The notes below the pieces were generated by a model. It had not been told where the DNA came from. It made no database searches and was given only the letters and a program-made list of their open reading frames with translations. A stretch of 62,110 nt of DNA, counting the filler, from Actinomycetota bacterium (lineage in GTDB: Bacteria > Actinomycetota > Acidimicrobiia > IMCC26256 > VFJJ01), in assembly GCA_009886115.1 (NCBI GenBank). It is 4 parts of 4 records of this genome, joined end to end, with 100 filler letters (N's around TTAATTAATTAA, not from the genome) between each part and the next. Parts side by side here need not be neighbours in the genome. Positions count along the whole stretch, not along the records: positions 35,492 to 62,110 come from VFJJ01000125.1; 3 more parts are not named here. One strand, 5' to 3'. Shown one piece after another: positions 39,675 to 50,461 of this stretch; positions within the stretch are counted from its first letter, which is position 1, and each line of letters opens with the position of its first letter. Made by a program: the position numbers and the translations under genes.

Positions 39675-42327
39675 GGAGACCGCCCGAGTGCAGAACACGC
39701 CGACCGGCACGGTGACGTTCTTGTTCACCGACATCGAGGGTTCGACGCGGTTGTGGGAGGAGCGACCCGAGGAGATGCGTGCCGCGCTGGCGGAGCATGA
39801 TGCGATCGTGCGGGGCGCGATCGATGCGCACGATGGGTATGTGTTCTCGACGGGTGGTGACGGGTTCGCGGTGGCGTTCTCGCGGGCGGGGGACGCGGTC
39901 GATGCGGCGGTACGGGCGCAGGCGGCGCTGGCGGGGCATCGGTTGATCCGGGTGCGGATGGGGTTGCACACGGGGGAGGTGCACGAGCGCGGCGGGGACT
40001 ACTTCGGTCCGGCGGTGAACCGTGCCGCACGCCTGATGGCGATCGGTCACGGCGGGCAGGTGCTGGCGTCTGCGGTCACCGCGGCGTTGCTCGACGCTGC
40101 GGTACCGACGCGTGATCTGGGTGAGCATCGGTTGCGGGATCTCTCGGCGCCGCAGCGGGTGTTGCAGCTGGGTGACGGTTCGTTCCCGGCGTTGCGGTCG
40201 GTGGATGTGGTGCCGTCGAACTTGCCGGTGGTGTTGACCGAGTTGGTGGGCCGCGGTGACGACATCGCCGAGTTGTCGCAGCTGGTACGCCGCGACCGGA
40301 TCGTGACGCTGACCGGCACGGGTGGGGTGGGCAAGACCCGGCTGGCGCTCGGTGTCGCGGCGGCGGTCGCGGCCGAGTTCTCGGATGGCGTGTGGTTGGC
40401 CGAGTTGGCGCCGGTCGCCGACTCGGCCCGGATCGACCAAGCGGTCGCCGCCGCGTTGGGGGTCGGTGTTGCCGTGGACGGCCGCGCGGGTCTGGTCAGC
40501 TACTTGCAGGCCCGACGACTGGTGTTGGTGCTGGACAACTGTGAGCAGGTTCTCGACTCGGCCGCTGAGTTCGTCAGCGCCGTGGTCTCGGCGGCGCCCG
40601 AGGTGCATGTGATCGTGACGTCGCGTGAACCTCTGGGGGTCGACGGCGAGGTGGTGCGGCGCGTGCGATCCCTCGGGTTGCCCGACGATGCCGATGACCC
40701 GTCCGCCATCGACGGGTCGGATGCCGTTCGGATGTTCGTCGAGCGCGCCGGCGCGGCGAGTGGCGACTTCCAGCTCAACGCCGGCAACCGCGCCGCCGTG
40801 GCGGAGGTCTGCCGCCGCCTCGATGGGATTCCCTTGGCGATCGAGCTTGCCGCGGCCCGCGCGCGCGCCATGACCCCGGCGCAGATCGCGGCGAGGCTCG
40901 ACGAGCGGTTCCGGTTGTTGTCGGGCGCGCGCCGGACACAGGAACGACACCGCACCCTGCAGGCCGCGGTGTCGTGGTCGTATGACTTGTTGTCGCCCGA
41001 GGAGCAACGGGTGTTCTGGCGGCTGTCGATCCTCCCGTCGAGCTTTGATACGGCCGCTGCGGACGCGGTGGCCGGTGACGACGCCGACGTGCTCGATGAT
41101 CTGCTGCGATTGGTGGATCGGTCGTTGGTGCAGCACGACCCGATCACCGGCCGCTACCGGTTGTTGGAGACGTTGCGGCAGTTCGGCGCCGACCGCGCGG
41201 TCGAGGCGGGCGAGGCCGACGAGATCCGTGGCCGCTACGTCGACCACTTCCGAGGAGTCGTGGCGACCAACGGTCCGCGCTACGAAGCTCCCGAGTCCTT
41301 CTCCGCCGCCGAAGAAGCACTGAGCGTCGAGCTCGACAACATCACGGCGGTTGCGGGGCTGCTCGTCGACGACCAGGCGTGGCGTCAACTGCACGACCTC
41401 TGCCTGAGCATGGCGGCGTTCATGAACAACTACGCCCCGGCGAGCTTCGCCCGGTGGCTCGGCGCGGCCACTGATGCCGGCGCGTGCGTCGATGACCAAG
41501 AGCGAATCGACGCGCTCGGCTGGGTCGCGTACGGCCTTTTCAATTCGGGCGGCCTCGATACGGCGGCCGGTCGCGCCACCGAGAGCCTCGCGCTCGCCGC
41601 GCGACGCGACGGCGATCCGAGCCCGTGGGCGTTGTGGACACTCGGCACCCTCGCACAGGTGGCGGGCCGGTGGGCCGACTGCCTCGCCCACTTCGATGCA
41701 GCTGTCAACGCCACGGCCCATCGCGCTTGCTATACACAGTTGCTCATCCGGGCCACGTGGCTCCAGGGATTCCTGCTCGATCGAGGCTTCGATGGGAACG
41801 AGCCGGTGATCGAAGAGGTGCTGCGGGAGACGAGCGAACACCCCGTCACCTCCGTCATCGCAGCGCTGGCCGTCGCGATGCCGCTGGCCGTCGCGGGCGA
41901 CGCCGAGCGAGGTCGGCGGTATCTGGAGGCGGTATCCGAGCAGTCCATCGCCAACCCGGTGCTGCGCGGGTGGTTCAGCATGGCGAAGGCGATGGCGTTG
42001 ATCGACGCCGCACCACATGCAGCCGTCGGCTACGCCATCGAGGCGGTGCATTCGAGCGACCGTGCCGGGAACGCGTATTCGAAACACGGCGCAACGCTCA
42101 CGCTGGCCGTGCTCGCCGGCCGCATCGGTCGAGTCGACCTCGCGGCCCGGCTCCATGCGCACACCGAGGCGTTTCCGGACTTCCATGGAGCTCACGGGTA
42201 TGTGTGGCTGCTCGTCGACATCGACGCCGCGCTCGTCGCGGCCGGCATGCCAACGCCGGTGACCCCCCAGGAGCTCACCCGGCAGGAACTGTTCGCGATC
42301 ATCGCCGAGTTGGAGGCCGAATCATGA
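39667..42327 (+). CDS. Cyclase-STAND-helical repeat protein, copy B
   Basis: FTDIEGST, STGGDG, VNRAAR; GTGGVGKT, DNCEQ, GIPLAIELAA. Confidence 0.92.
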   Translation: MPEETARVQNTPTGTVTFLFTDIEGSTRLWEERPEEMRAALAEHDAIVRGAIDAHDGYVFSTGGDGFAVAFSRAGDAVDAAVRAQAALAGHRLIRVRMGLHTGEVHERGGDYFGPAVNRAARLMAIGHGGQVLASAVTAALLDAAVPTRDLGEHRLRDLSAPQRVLQLGDGSFPALRSVDVVPSNLPVVLTELVGRGDDIAELSQLVRRDRIVTLTGTGGVGKTRLALGVAAAVAAEFSDGVWLAELAPVADSARIDQAVAAALGVGVAVDGRAGLVSYLQARRLVLVLDNCEQVLDSAAEFVSAVVSAAPEVHVIVTSREPLGVDGEVVRRVRSLGLPDDADDPSAIDGSDAVRMFVERAGAASGDFQLNAGNRAAVAEVCRRLDGIPLAIELAAARARAMTPAQIAARLDERFRLLSGARRTQERHRTLQAAVSWSYDLLSPEEQRVFWRLSILPSSFDTAAADAVAGDDADVLDDLLRLVDRSLVQHDPITGRYRLLETLRQFGADRAVEAGEADEIRGRYVDHFRGVVATNGPRYEAPESFSAAEEALSVELDNITAVAGLLVDDQAWRQLHDLCLSMAAFMNNYAPASFARWLGAATDAGACVDDQERIDALGWVAYGLFNSGGLDTAAGRATESLALAARRDGDPSPWALWTLGTLAQVAGRWADCLAHFDAAVNATAHRACYTQLLIRATWLQGFLLDRGFDGNEPVIEEVLRETSEHPVTSVIAALAVAMPLAVAGDAERGRRYLEAVSEQSIANPVLRGWFSMAKAMALIDAAPHAAVGYAIEAVHSSDRAGNAYSKHGATLTLAVLAGRIGRVDLAARLHAHTEAFPDFHGAHGYVWLLVDIDAALVAAGMPTPVTPQELTRQELFAIIAELEAES

Positions 42328-44969
42328 CGGCCATCCCGACGGGCACGGTGACGTTCTTGTTCACCGACATCGAGGGTTCGACGCGGTTGTGGGAGGAGCG
42401 GGCCGCGGAGATGCGCGGCGCGTTGGCGGAGCACGATGCGATCGTGCGCGGCGCGATCGACGCGCATGGTGGGTATGTGTTCTCGACGGGCGGGGATGGG
42501 TTCGGTGCAGCGTTTCAGCGGGCGGCTGACGCGGCCGCCGCTGCGGAGCGGGCGCAGGCGGGCCTGGCCGGTCATCGGTTGATCCGGGTGCGGATGGGGT
42601 TGCACACCGGCGAGGTGCAAGAGCGCGACGGCGACTACTTCGGTCCGGCGGTGAATCGTGCGTCGCGGATCATGACGGCAGGGCACGGTGGGCAGGTCTT
42701 GCTGTCGCAGACGACCGCTGATCTGCTCGGCCGGGGGTACGTGTTGGTCGATCTCGACGAGCACCGCTTCGCCGGGCTGTCGTCGGCACAACGAGTCTTC
42801 CAGCTGGGCTCGGAGTCCTTTCCGCCGTTGCGGTCGTCGACCGCGGTCGTGTCGAACCTGCCGGTGGAGCGGTCGGTGTTCGTGGGTCGTGAGCGGGAGT
42901 TGGCGGCGGTCGCAGGGTTCGTGCGTTCCGGTCGCGTGGTGACGTTGACCGGGGTGGGCGGGGTCGGCAAGACCCGGCTCGCCATCCAGGTCGCGGCGGG
43001 GTTGGTGGAGGAGTTCCCAGCGGGGGTGTGGCTGGTGGAGCTCGCGCCGTTGATCGACTCGGCGTTGGTGGCCGGGGCGGTCGCGTCGGCGATCGGGGCG
43101 CCGCCGAGCCCGGGGGTGGAGCCGATCGAGGTGGCGTGCCGCTTCCTCGAGCACAAGCGGGCGTTGGTGGTGCTCGACAACTGTGAGCACGTGATCGACG
43201 CGGCGGCCGCGTTGGTCGATCGTCTCGCGGATGCCGCACCGCGCACGAACGTCGTTGCGACGAGTCGTGAGCCGTTGAGCGTGCGGGGCGAGGTGGTGTG
43301 GCGGGTGCCGTCGTTGTCTGTTGCCGATGACGCGACGGGCGATGCGGTGGCGTTGTTCGCCGAGCGGGCCGGGCAGGTGCGCTCGGGCTTCGCGCTCGAC
43401 GACGCGAATCGTGATGCGGTCGTGCGGGTGTGCCGGCGGCTCGACGGCATCCCGCTGGCGATCGAGCTGGCGGCGGCGCGGGCGCGGTCGATGTCGGTCG
43501 AGCAGATCGCGTCGCGGCTCGACGAGCGGTTCCGGCTGCTGACGCGCGGTGGGCGCACTGCGGTGCCGCGTCAGCAGACCCTCCAGGGCGCGATCGACTG
43601 GTCCTACGATTTGCTGGCCGACGACGAACGCGACCTGTTCGATCGACTCGCGGTCTTCGCCGGCGAGTTCGACGTCATGGCGGCCGCCGCGGTCGGCGGG
43701 GTCGAGGACTTCGAAGCGCTCGATCTGCTCGAACAGCTCGCCGACAAATCGATGGTCGAGGCCGACCCGGCGAAGGACCACTATCGATTGTTGGAGACGC
43801 TGCGCCAGTACGGGTGGGACCGCCTCACCGCCTCGGGCCATCTCGCCGAGGCCCGCGACGCTCACGCCGCGTACTTCGCCGGGGTGGTCGGCGACGCGGT
43901 AGAGGTGATGCGCACCGCGGGCCGCCAAGTCGAGGCCCTCGACCGGCTCGACGCGCAGTATGACAACCTCCGTGCGGCGCTCGCGTATCTGATCGACAGC
44001 CGGGACGCCGATGCCGCGACGCGCCTGGTGCGTCGCTTGGGCGGGCTGTTCAACGTCCGCCACCCCCGCGAAGGCCTCGCGTGGTTCCAGGCCGTCATCG
44101 AGATCGCCGACGAGCTCCCGGCCCGCGTGCGCGCTCGCCTGCACACCGACGCCGCCCACGCGGCCATGAATGCCGGTGACCTCGGTAACGAGTTCGCGTA
44201 CGCGCAGAACGCGATAGACGACGGCGGCAGCGAGGCCCCCGCCTTGGCGCATGCGTTTCTCGCGGACTGGCATCTCTGGAACGACGAGCCACAGGACGCG
44301 CTCGAACACCTGGAACGGGCCGTCGCTGCCGCCCAAGATCCGCTCACGACGATGATGGTCGGGCCCATGCGCATCCAAGCGTCGAGCTCGCTCGGTGACG
44401 AGGCCGAAACCCGCATTCAGGTGGCGGTGCTCATCTCCCAAGCCGAAACGCTCGCCGATCCGACGTTCCTCGCTGCAGCGTTTCAGATCGGCGGCCAAGC
44501 GCTGGCCGTGCTCGGCCACACCGACGAAGCCGTGGTGCACTATGAGGCCGCGCTGCGGCATGTGGCCGCCGCAGGTGAAACCATGACCAACATCGTCCTG
44601 GCCACCCTGGCGGTCGAGATCGACGACCCCGAACGCGCGGCAGCCCTGTTGCGCGTCGCGATTCCTCTCGCCCGCAACCAGGTGGGAGCCAAGTTCCAGA
44701 TCTACCCGATGGTGGCCGCCGCGAAGATCGCTGGAAACCATGGTCGTTCGCACGAGTCGGCCCAACTCCTGGGCGCGACCGAACGATGCTTCGAGCACGC
44801 GGGCGTGAAGGGGAACCGTTACTCACTGCTCTGGCGCGATCGGATTCTCGAACAGCTCGCCGCAATCCTCGGCGCCGACGCCGTCGCCCACGACCTCGAA
44901 GTGGGCCGCCGCCTCTCGGCCGACGACGCGCTCAAGCTGGCGCTCGACTGCCTTCCGGAGTCCCGATAA
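42324..44969 (+). CDS. Cyclase-STAND-helical repeat protein, copy C
   Basis: ATG overlapping the copy B stop; STGGDG, VNRASR; GVGGVGKT. Confidence 0.92.
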   Translation: MTAIPTGTVTFLFTDIEGSTRLWEERAAEMRGALAEHDAIVRGAIDAHGGYVFSTGGDGFGAAFQRAADAAAAAERAQAGLAGHRLIRVRMGLHTGEVQERDGDYFGPAVNRASRIMTAGHGGQVLLSQTTADLLGRGYVLVDLDEHRFAGLSSAQRVFQLGSESFPPLRSSTAVVSNLPVERSVFVGRERELAAVAGFVRSGRVVTLTGVGGVGKTRLAIQVAAGLVEEFPAGVWLVELAPLIDSALVAGAVASAIGAPPSPGVEPIEVACRFLEHKRALVVLDNCEHVIDAAAALVDRLADAAPRTNVVATSREPLSVRGEVVWRVPSLSVADDATGDAVALFAERAGQVRSGFALDDANRDAVVRVCRRLDGIPLAIELAAARARSMSVEQIASRLDERFRLLTRGGRTAVPRQQTLQGAIDWSYDLLADDERDLFDRLAVFAGEFDVMAAAAVGGVEDFEALDLLEQLADKSMVEADPAKDHYRLLETLRQYGWDRLTASGHLAEARDAHAAYFAGVVGDAVEVMRTAGRQVEALDRLDAQYDNLRAALAYLIDSRDADAATRLVRRLGGLFNVRHPREGLAWFQAVIEIADELPARVRARLHTDAAHAAMNAGDLGNEFAYAQNAIDDGGSEAPALAHAFLADWHLWNDEPQDALEHLERAVAAAQDPLTTMMVGPMRIQASSSLGDEAETRIQVAVLISQAETLADPTFLAAAFQIGGQALAVLGHTDEAVVHYEAALRHVAAAGETMTNIVLATLAVEIDDPERAAALLRVAIPLARNQVGAKFQIYPMVAAAKIAGNHGRSHESAQLLGATERCFEHAGVKGNRYSLLWRDRILEQLAAILGADAVAHDLEVGRRLSADDALKLALDCLPESR

Positions 44970-45043
44970 CCGATCGCCGGTCGCCGGTCGCCCATGGTTG
45001 ATCGACCCGAGCACGTGTCCCCTGGTCGTGGCAGGCTTCTCGA

Positions 45044-47689
45044 GTGGAGATCCTGCCGACCGGGACGGTGACGTTCTTGTTCACCGATATCGAGGGTTCG
45101 ACCCGGCTGTGGGAGGAACGGCCCGACGAGATGCGCTCGGCGCTCGCGGAGCACGACGTGGTGGTTCGGGGCGCGATCGATGCGCACGATGGGTATGTGT
45201 TCTCGACGGGTGGTGACGGGTTCGCGGTGGCGTTCTCGCGGGCGGGGGACGCGGTCGATGCGGCGGTGCAGGCGCAGGCGGCGCTGGCGGGGCATCGGTT
45301 GATCCGGGTGCGGATGGGGTTGCACACGGGGGAGGTGCAGGAGCGCGGCGGAGATTACTTCGGTCCGCCGGTGAATCGTGCGGCGCGGTTGATGGCGATC
45401 GGTCACGGCGGGCAGGTGCTGGCGTCGGCAGCGACCGAGTCGCTGTTGGACGGCACCGTGGAGCGCCGGGATCTGGGTGAGCACCGGTTGCGGGATCTGT
45501 CGGCGCCCCAGCGGGTGTTCCAGCTCGGCGACGGGTCGTTCCCGGCGTTGCGGTCGGTGGATGCGGTGCCGTCGAACCTGCCGACGGTGTTGACCGAACT
45601 GGTGGGCCGCCGTGACGACATCGCCGAGTTGTCGCGCCGCACTCGGATCGATCGGATTTTGACCTTGACCGGCACCGGCGGCGTGGGCAAGACCCGGCTG
45701 TCGTTGGCGGTCGCGGCGGCGGTGGCGTCGGAGTTCTTCGACGGGGTGTGGTTCGTCGAGCTGGCCCCGGTGGCCGATGCGGCGGGGATCGAGCGCGCAG
45801 TGGCGTCGGCGCTGGGTGTCGGCGCCACGACCGACATCGGCCAGGCCGGGTTGGTGAACTACTTGCGGGGGCGGCGGTTGGTGTTGGTGCTCGACAATTG
45901 CGAGCACGTGCTCGACGATGCCGCCGACTTCGTCACGGCGGTCGTGGCCGGTGCGCCCGACGTGCACGTGGTGGCGACGTCGCGTGAACCGTTGGGGGTC
46001 GACGGTGAGGTGGTGCGCCGGGTGCGTTCACTCGGCCTTCCGGACGACGACGCGGATGCGGCCGCAGTTGCCGCGTCGGACGCGGTGCGGATGTTCGTCG
46101 AGCGGGCGACGGCCGTGAACGACGAGTTCCGGCTCAACGCCGGGAACCGGGCGGCAGTGGTCGAGATCTGTCGCAAGCTCGACGGGATCCCGTTGGCGAT
46201 CGAGCTCGCCGCCGCTCGCGTCCGGGGGATGACCCCGACTCAGATCGCAGGGCGGCTCGACGAGCGGTTCCGGTTGCTGTCGGGGGCTCGACGCGCGCAG
46301 GAACGGCACCGCACGCTGCAGGCCGCAGTGTCGTGGTCCTATGAGCTGTTGTCGCCCGATGAGCAGCGCGTGTTCTGGCGGTTGTCGGTGTTCCCGGCGA
46401 GTTTCGACGACGCCGCGGCCCAAGCCGTCGCGGGTGACGCTGTTGATGTGTTCGATGATCTGTTGCGTCTGGTGGATCGGTCGTTGGTGCAACACGACCT
46501 CCATACCGGCCGGTACCGGTTGCTGGAAACCCTCCGCCAGTTCGGTTCGGAGCGAGCGGTGGACGCGGGCGAGGGCGACGAGATCCGCGACCGGTACATC
46601 GACTATTACGTCGCACTCCTGACGGAGGTCGGGCCGCGCTACGAGGACGCCCGAGGTTTCGCGACCGCTGCGGTGATCCTCATCGCCGAGCTCGACAACA
46701 TTGCCGCGGTGGCCGCCCTGCTGGTCGGCGACGCCCGCTGGCGCCAGCTCCACAATCTCTGTTGCTGCTCGGCGGGCTTTCTCGTCAACCACGCACCCGC
46801 GAACATGGCGCGTTGGCTCGACATCGCCGTCCAGCCCGGTTCGTGCATCGATGCCGACGAGCGCGCCGACGCGCTCGGCCGGCTCGCCTACGCGGCGTTC
46901 AACGGAGGCGCGATCGATCTTGCCGCGGGCTTCGCCACCAGGAGCATGGACCTCTCCTCGAGCAGTGAGGGCGGCGCGAGCCCGTGGGCGCTCTGGACGC
47001 TCGGCACGTTCGGACAGCTGGAGAATCGCTTCGACGAGTCGCTGGCCTACTTCGACGCCGCGGTCGCTGCCGCGGCCCACCACAACCGGTACACGCGGTT
47101 GCTGGTCGGCGCCGGCTGGCTCCTCGCTTTCTTGCGCGTTCACGGGTACGAGGGGAACGACGGCGTGATCGACGATGCGCTGCAGAAGGCCAAGGGGCAT
47201 CCCGTCGCGTATGCCGTCATGGTGACGTCGGCTTCGAACAGGGCCCTCGGCGTCGAGCGTGATCTCGACCGCGGGCGTGGATACCTCGACACGGTCACCG
47301 ATTCATCGGCGGCCGGCTCCGTGCTCGAGGCCTGGATCAACCAGTTGCGAGCGATGGCGCTGACGGATCACGACCCACGTGCCGCCGTCGGCTACGCCAT
47401 CGAGGCCGTCCGCGTGAGCGACCGCGCCGGATCGGCCTTCGCGATGTACACCGCGTTCTACACACTCGCAGCCCTCGCGGTGCGCATCGGCCGGCCCGAT
47501 CTCACGATCCGGCTCAACGCCCACCTCGAGGCGCTTCCCGATGTCTACCGCAGGGGGTCCTCCCCGTGGCTCAACATCGAGATCGACGCGGCACTCGCAG
47601 ACGCCGGCATCGCAATCCCGGTGATCCCCCACGAGCTCACCCGGCAGGAACTGTTCGCCATCATCGCCGAGTTGGAGGCGTCGGTATGA
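45044..47689 (+). CDS. Cyclase-STAND-helical repeat protein, copy D
   Basis: STGGDG, VNRAAR; GTGGVGKT. Confidence 0.92.
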   Translation: MEILPTGTVTFLFTDIEGSTRLWEERPDEMRSALAEHDVVVRGAIDAHDGYVFSTGGDGFAVAFSRAGDAVDAAVQAQAALAGHRLIRVRMGLHTGEVQERGGDYFGPPVNRAARLMAIGHGGQVLASAATESLLDGTVERRDLGEHRLRDLSAPQRVFQLGDGSFPALRSVDAVPSNLPTVLTELVGRRDDIAELSRRTRIDRILTLTGTGGVGKTRLSLAVAAAVASEFFDGVWFVELAPVADAAGIERAVASALGVGATTDIGQAGLVNYLRGRRLVLVLDNCEHVLDDAADFVTAVVAGAPDVHVVATSREPLGVDGEVVRRVRSLGLPDDDADAAAVAASDAVRMFVERATAVNDEFRLNAGNRAAVVEICRKLDGIPLAIELAAARVRGMTPTQIAGRLDERFRLLSGARRAQERHRTLQAAVSWSYELLSPDEQRVFWRLSVFPASFDDAAAQAVAGDAVDVFDDLLRLVDRSLVQHDLHTGRYRLLETLRQFGSERAVDAGEGDEIRDRYIDYYVALLTEVGPRYEDARGFATAAVILIAELDNIAAVAALLVGDARWRQLHNLCCCSAGFLVNHAPANMARWLDIAVQPGSCIDADERADALGRLAYAAFNGGAIDLAAGFATRSMDLSSSSEGGASPWALWTLGTFGQLENRFDESLAYFDAAVAAAAHHNRYTRLLVGAGWLLAFLRVHGYEGNDGVIDDALQKAKGHPVAYAVMVTSASNRALGVERDLDRGRGYLDTVTDSSAAGSVLEAWINQLRAMALTDHDPRAAVGYAIEAVRVSDRAGSAFAMYTAFYTLAALAVRIGRPDLTIRLNAHLEALPDVYRRGSSPWLNIEIDAALADAGIAIPVIPHELTRQELFAIIAELEASV

Positions 47690-50376
47690 GCACGCTTCCG
47701 ACCGGCACGGTGACGTTTCTGTTCACGGATGTCGAGGGTTCGACGCGTCGGTGGCAGGACGAGCCGGAGGCGATGCGGGCGTTGTTGGCGGAGCATGACG
47801 CGATCCTGCGGGATGTGATCGACAAGCACCGGGGTCATCTGTTCAAGCACACCGGTGATGGCGTGGCGGCAGTGTTCGGGTCGGCGGCTGACGCATGCGC
47901 GGCCGCGGTGGATGCACAAGCGCGGCTCCGCGACGTGTTGCCGGTGCGGATGGGTCTGCACACGGGCGAGGCGGAGTTGCGCGACGGGGACTACTTCGGG
48001 TCGACGTTGAACCGCTGCGCGCGCCTGATGGGGGTGGCGCACGGCCGCCAGATCGTCTGCAGCGACGCGACCGCGGGTCTTGTGCGTGATCGGGACGATC
48101 TGCGGGATCTGGGTGAGCATCGGCTTCGGGATCTGTCGCGTGCGGAGCGGGTGTGGCAGGTCGGCGGCGGGGAGTTCCCGGCGCTGCGGTCGATCGACGC
48201 GTCGCCGGGGAACCTGCCGCTGCAGTTGTCGTCGTTCGTCGGGCGTGGGGAGGACCTTGCGGAGGTCGTCGATGAGGTGATGGAGCATCGTCTGGTGACG
48301 CTGACCGGCGTAGGCGGGGTCGGCAAGACGCGGTTGGCCTTGCAGGCGGCGGCCGAGCTCGTGCCGCGCCATGCACATGGTGCATGGTTGGTCGAGTTGG
48401 CACCGGTCGGCGACGGCGATGGGGTGGCGGCGGCGGTGTTGATGGCGCTCGCCTTGCGTCAGCACCAGGGCAAGTCGGTCGAACAGTCCGTGGTCGATTC
48501 TCTGGAAGCCCGCCAGGTGCTCGTGGTGCTCGACAACTGCGAGCACCTGATCGGTGCCGTGGCGCAGTTCGTCGACCGGTTGTTGCGCGCGTGTCCGCAG
48601 CTGCGTGTCTTGGCGACCAGTCGTGAGGGGCTCGGGGTGCGCGGTGAGCGGATCATGGCGGTGCGTTCGTTGTCGGCTGGTGACGGGGTGGCGCTCTTCG
48701 CCGAGCGCGCCGCGGACGCGAGCCGTTCGTTCGTCGTCGACGGTGAGAACCGTCTGATGATCGAGCAGGTCTGCGACCGCCTCGACGGCATCCCGTTGGC
48801 GATCGAGTTGGCGGCGGCGCGGGTGCGAGCGCTCGGCGTCGCAGGGGTGGCCGCGAAGCTGCACGATCGGTTCCAGCTGCTGCGGGGCGGGAGCCGCACC
48901 GCGGTGGAGCGGCATCAGACGTTGCGGGCGACGGTGGATTGGAGCTATCGACTGCTCGACGGGCTCGATCAGCACGTGCTCGACCGGCTGTCGGTGTTCG
49001 CTGGTGGGTTCACCCTCGACGCGGCCGAAGCCGTCGCGGCAGACGACCAGGGCGACGCGGCCGAGGTGGTCGATTCGTTGGCGTCGCTCGTCGACAAGTC
49101 GTTGGTCATCGCGGAACCCGACGGATCCGGCGGTGTGCGCTACCGGCTGCTCGAGATGATCCGACAGTACGCGGAGGAACGTCTCGGCGAGGACGGTGAC
49201 CATGCCGCGGTGAAGGCACAGCACGGCGCGTACTTCGCGTCGTTGATCGAACGCGAAGGACGGCGAGCGAAGAGCCGTGAACGGATGGCGGCGATTGCGG
49301 TCCTCGAGACCGAACTGAGCAACCTGTACGCAGCGTTCGACAGCGCAGCCAGCGCGGGTGATCTCGATCGGGCGATCCGCATCCTCAGCATCTTGGACCA
49401 GTCGGTGCTGTGGTCGACACGGCTCGGCTCGACGTTCGCCGGCTGGGCGACCCCGCTCCTCGACCACCCCGGGGTCGCCGAACATCCGGAACGATGCTGG
49501 GTCTTGGCGCTCGGAGCGCTGCATCGCGTCGCCCGCGGCGACATCGCCGCCGCGAACCAACTTTCGGCCGACGCGGTCGCGGCGCCTGAGCCGTCATCGG
49601 TCCTCGGGGAGCTGTTCCGGCTCGATGTCCGTGGCCTGTGCGCATCCCTGGCCGGCGACTTCGAGTTCGCGCTGCAACTCGCGCGAGCACGGATCGAGCT
49701 CGCCCGGCGCCATGCCCTCGCCCACGAACTGGCGCACAGTCTCAGCAGCTATTCCGGCTACCTGATCATGACCGACCGAGTTGAAGAGGCCGGCCTCGCC
49801 GCCGAGGAAGCCTTCTCGATCGGGGTTCGGCTGGGCGACCCCTATCTCCAGGCCGGCCCGGCATACGCGCTCGCAATGTGGTTGTCCGACCGCGACCCGC
49901 AACGCGCGCTCGAGGTCGCGACGCAGGGTCTCGCCACGGCCCGCGCCGCGCAGCACCACTACCTCGTGGCATTGCTCCTGATCCCGCTCGCTGTTCTACG
50001 CGACCGGCCCACACACGGTGACATCACCGCGATCCGCTGGGTCTTCGATGAACACGGTGACGCCCACGACCACTTCAGCGCGGAGGCGACCATCGCCTGC
50101 TTCGCGACCTACGTCTTCCATCTCGTCGACGCAGAAGTCGGCATTCGGCTTGCCGGCGCTTCGCCCCTTTTCACACGAAACCCAGCCCACGCGCGGCAGC
50201 TCCGCGAGCCATCGATCGCCAGACTCGGCCAGTCCGCCACCGACCGGCTCCTCGCCGAAGGAGCCGCGCTCAGCCTCGCCGCCGCCCTCGCCGAAGCCTC
50301 CGAACTGCTCGCCCGACTCGAAGCCGACCTCAGCCAGGACGCCGCTGCGGGCTCGGACCCGCATCACGCCGAGTAG
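47686..50376 (+). CDS. Cyclase-STAND-helical repeat protein, copy E
   Basis: ATGA overlap; KHTGDG, LNRCAR; GVGGVGKT. Confidence 0.92.
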   Translation: MSTLPTGTVTFLFTDVEGSTRRWQDEPEAMRALLAEHDAILRDVIDKHRGHLFKHTGDGVAAVFGSAADACAAAVDAQARLRDVLPVRMGLHTGEAELRDGDYFGSTLNRCARLMGVAHGRQIVCSDATAGLVRDRDDLRDLGEHRLRDLSRAERVWQVGGGEFPALRSIDASPGNLPLQLSSFVGRGEDLAEVVDEVMEHRLVTLTGVGGVGKTRLALQAAAELVPRHAHGAWLVELAPVGDGDGVAAAVLMALALRQHQGKSVEQSVVDSLEARQVLVVLDNCEHLIGAVAQFVDRLLRACPQLRVLATSREGLGVRGERIMAVRSLSAGDGVALFAERAADASRSFVVDGENRLMIEQVCDRLDGIPLAIELAAARVRALGVAGVAAKLHDRFQLLRGGSRTAVERHQTLRATVDWSYRLLDGLDQHVLDRLSVFAGGFTLDAAEAVAADDQGDAAEVVDSLASLVDKSLVIAEPDGSGGVRYRLLEMIRQYAEERLGEDGDHAAVKAQHGAYFASLIEREGRRAKSRERMAAIAVLETELSNLYAAFDSAASAGDLDRAIRILSILDQSVLWSTRLGSTFAGWATPLLDHPGVAEHPERCWVLALGALHRVARGDIAAANQLSADAVAAPEPSSVLGELFRLDVRGLCASLAGDFEFALQLARARIELARRHALAHELAHSLSSYSGYLIMTDRVEEAGLAAEEAFSIGVRLGDPYLQAGPAYALAMWLSDRDPQRALEVATQGLATARAAQHHYLVALLLIPLAVLRDRPTHGDITAIRWVFDEHGDAHDHFSAEATIACFATYVFHLVDAEVGIRLAGASPLFTRNPAHARQLREPSIARLGQSATDRLLAEGAALSLAAALAEASELLARLEADLSQDAAAGSDPHHAE

Positions 50377-50461
50377 CCCCGCACCTCGATCATGGCGTCC
50401 GGACCAGAGGTACCGACTGGTTCACGAGCAGAGCGTCCGGTGGCCGTGGGAGGCTTGTCGG

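Noticed and set aside
41625..42323. Apparent N-terminal extensions of copies C, E, F and H in the ORF track
   Set aside because: They overlap the upstream paralog; true starts align with the other copies
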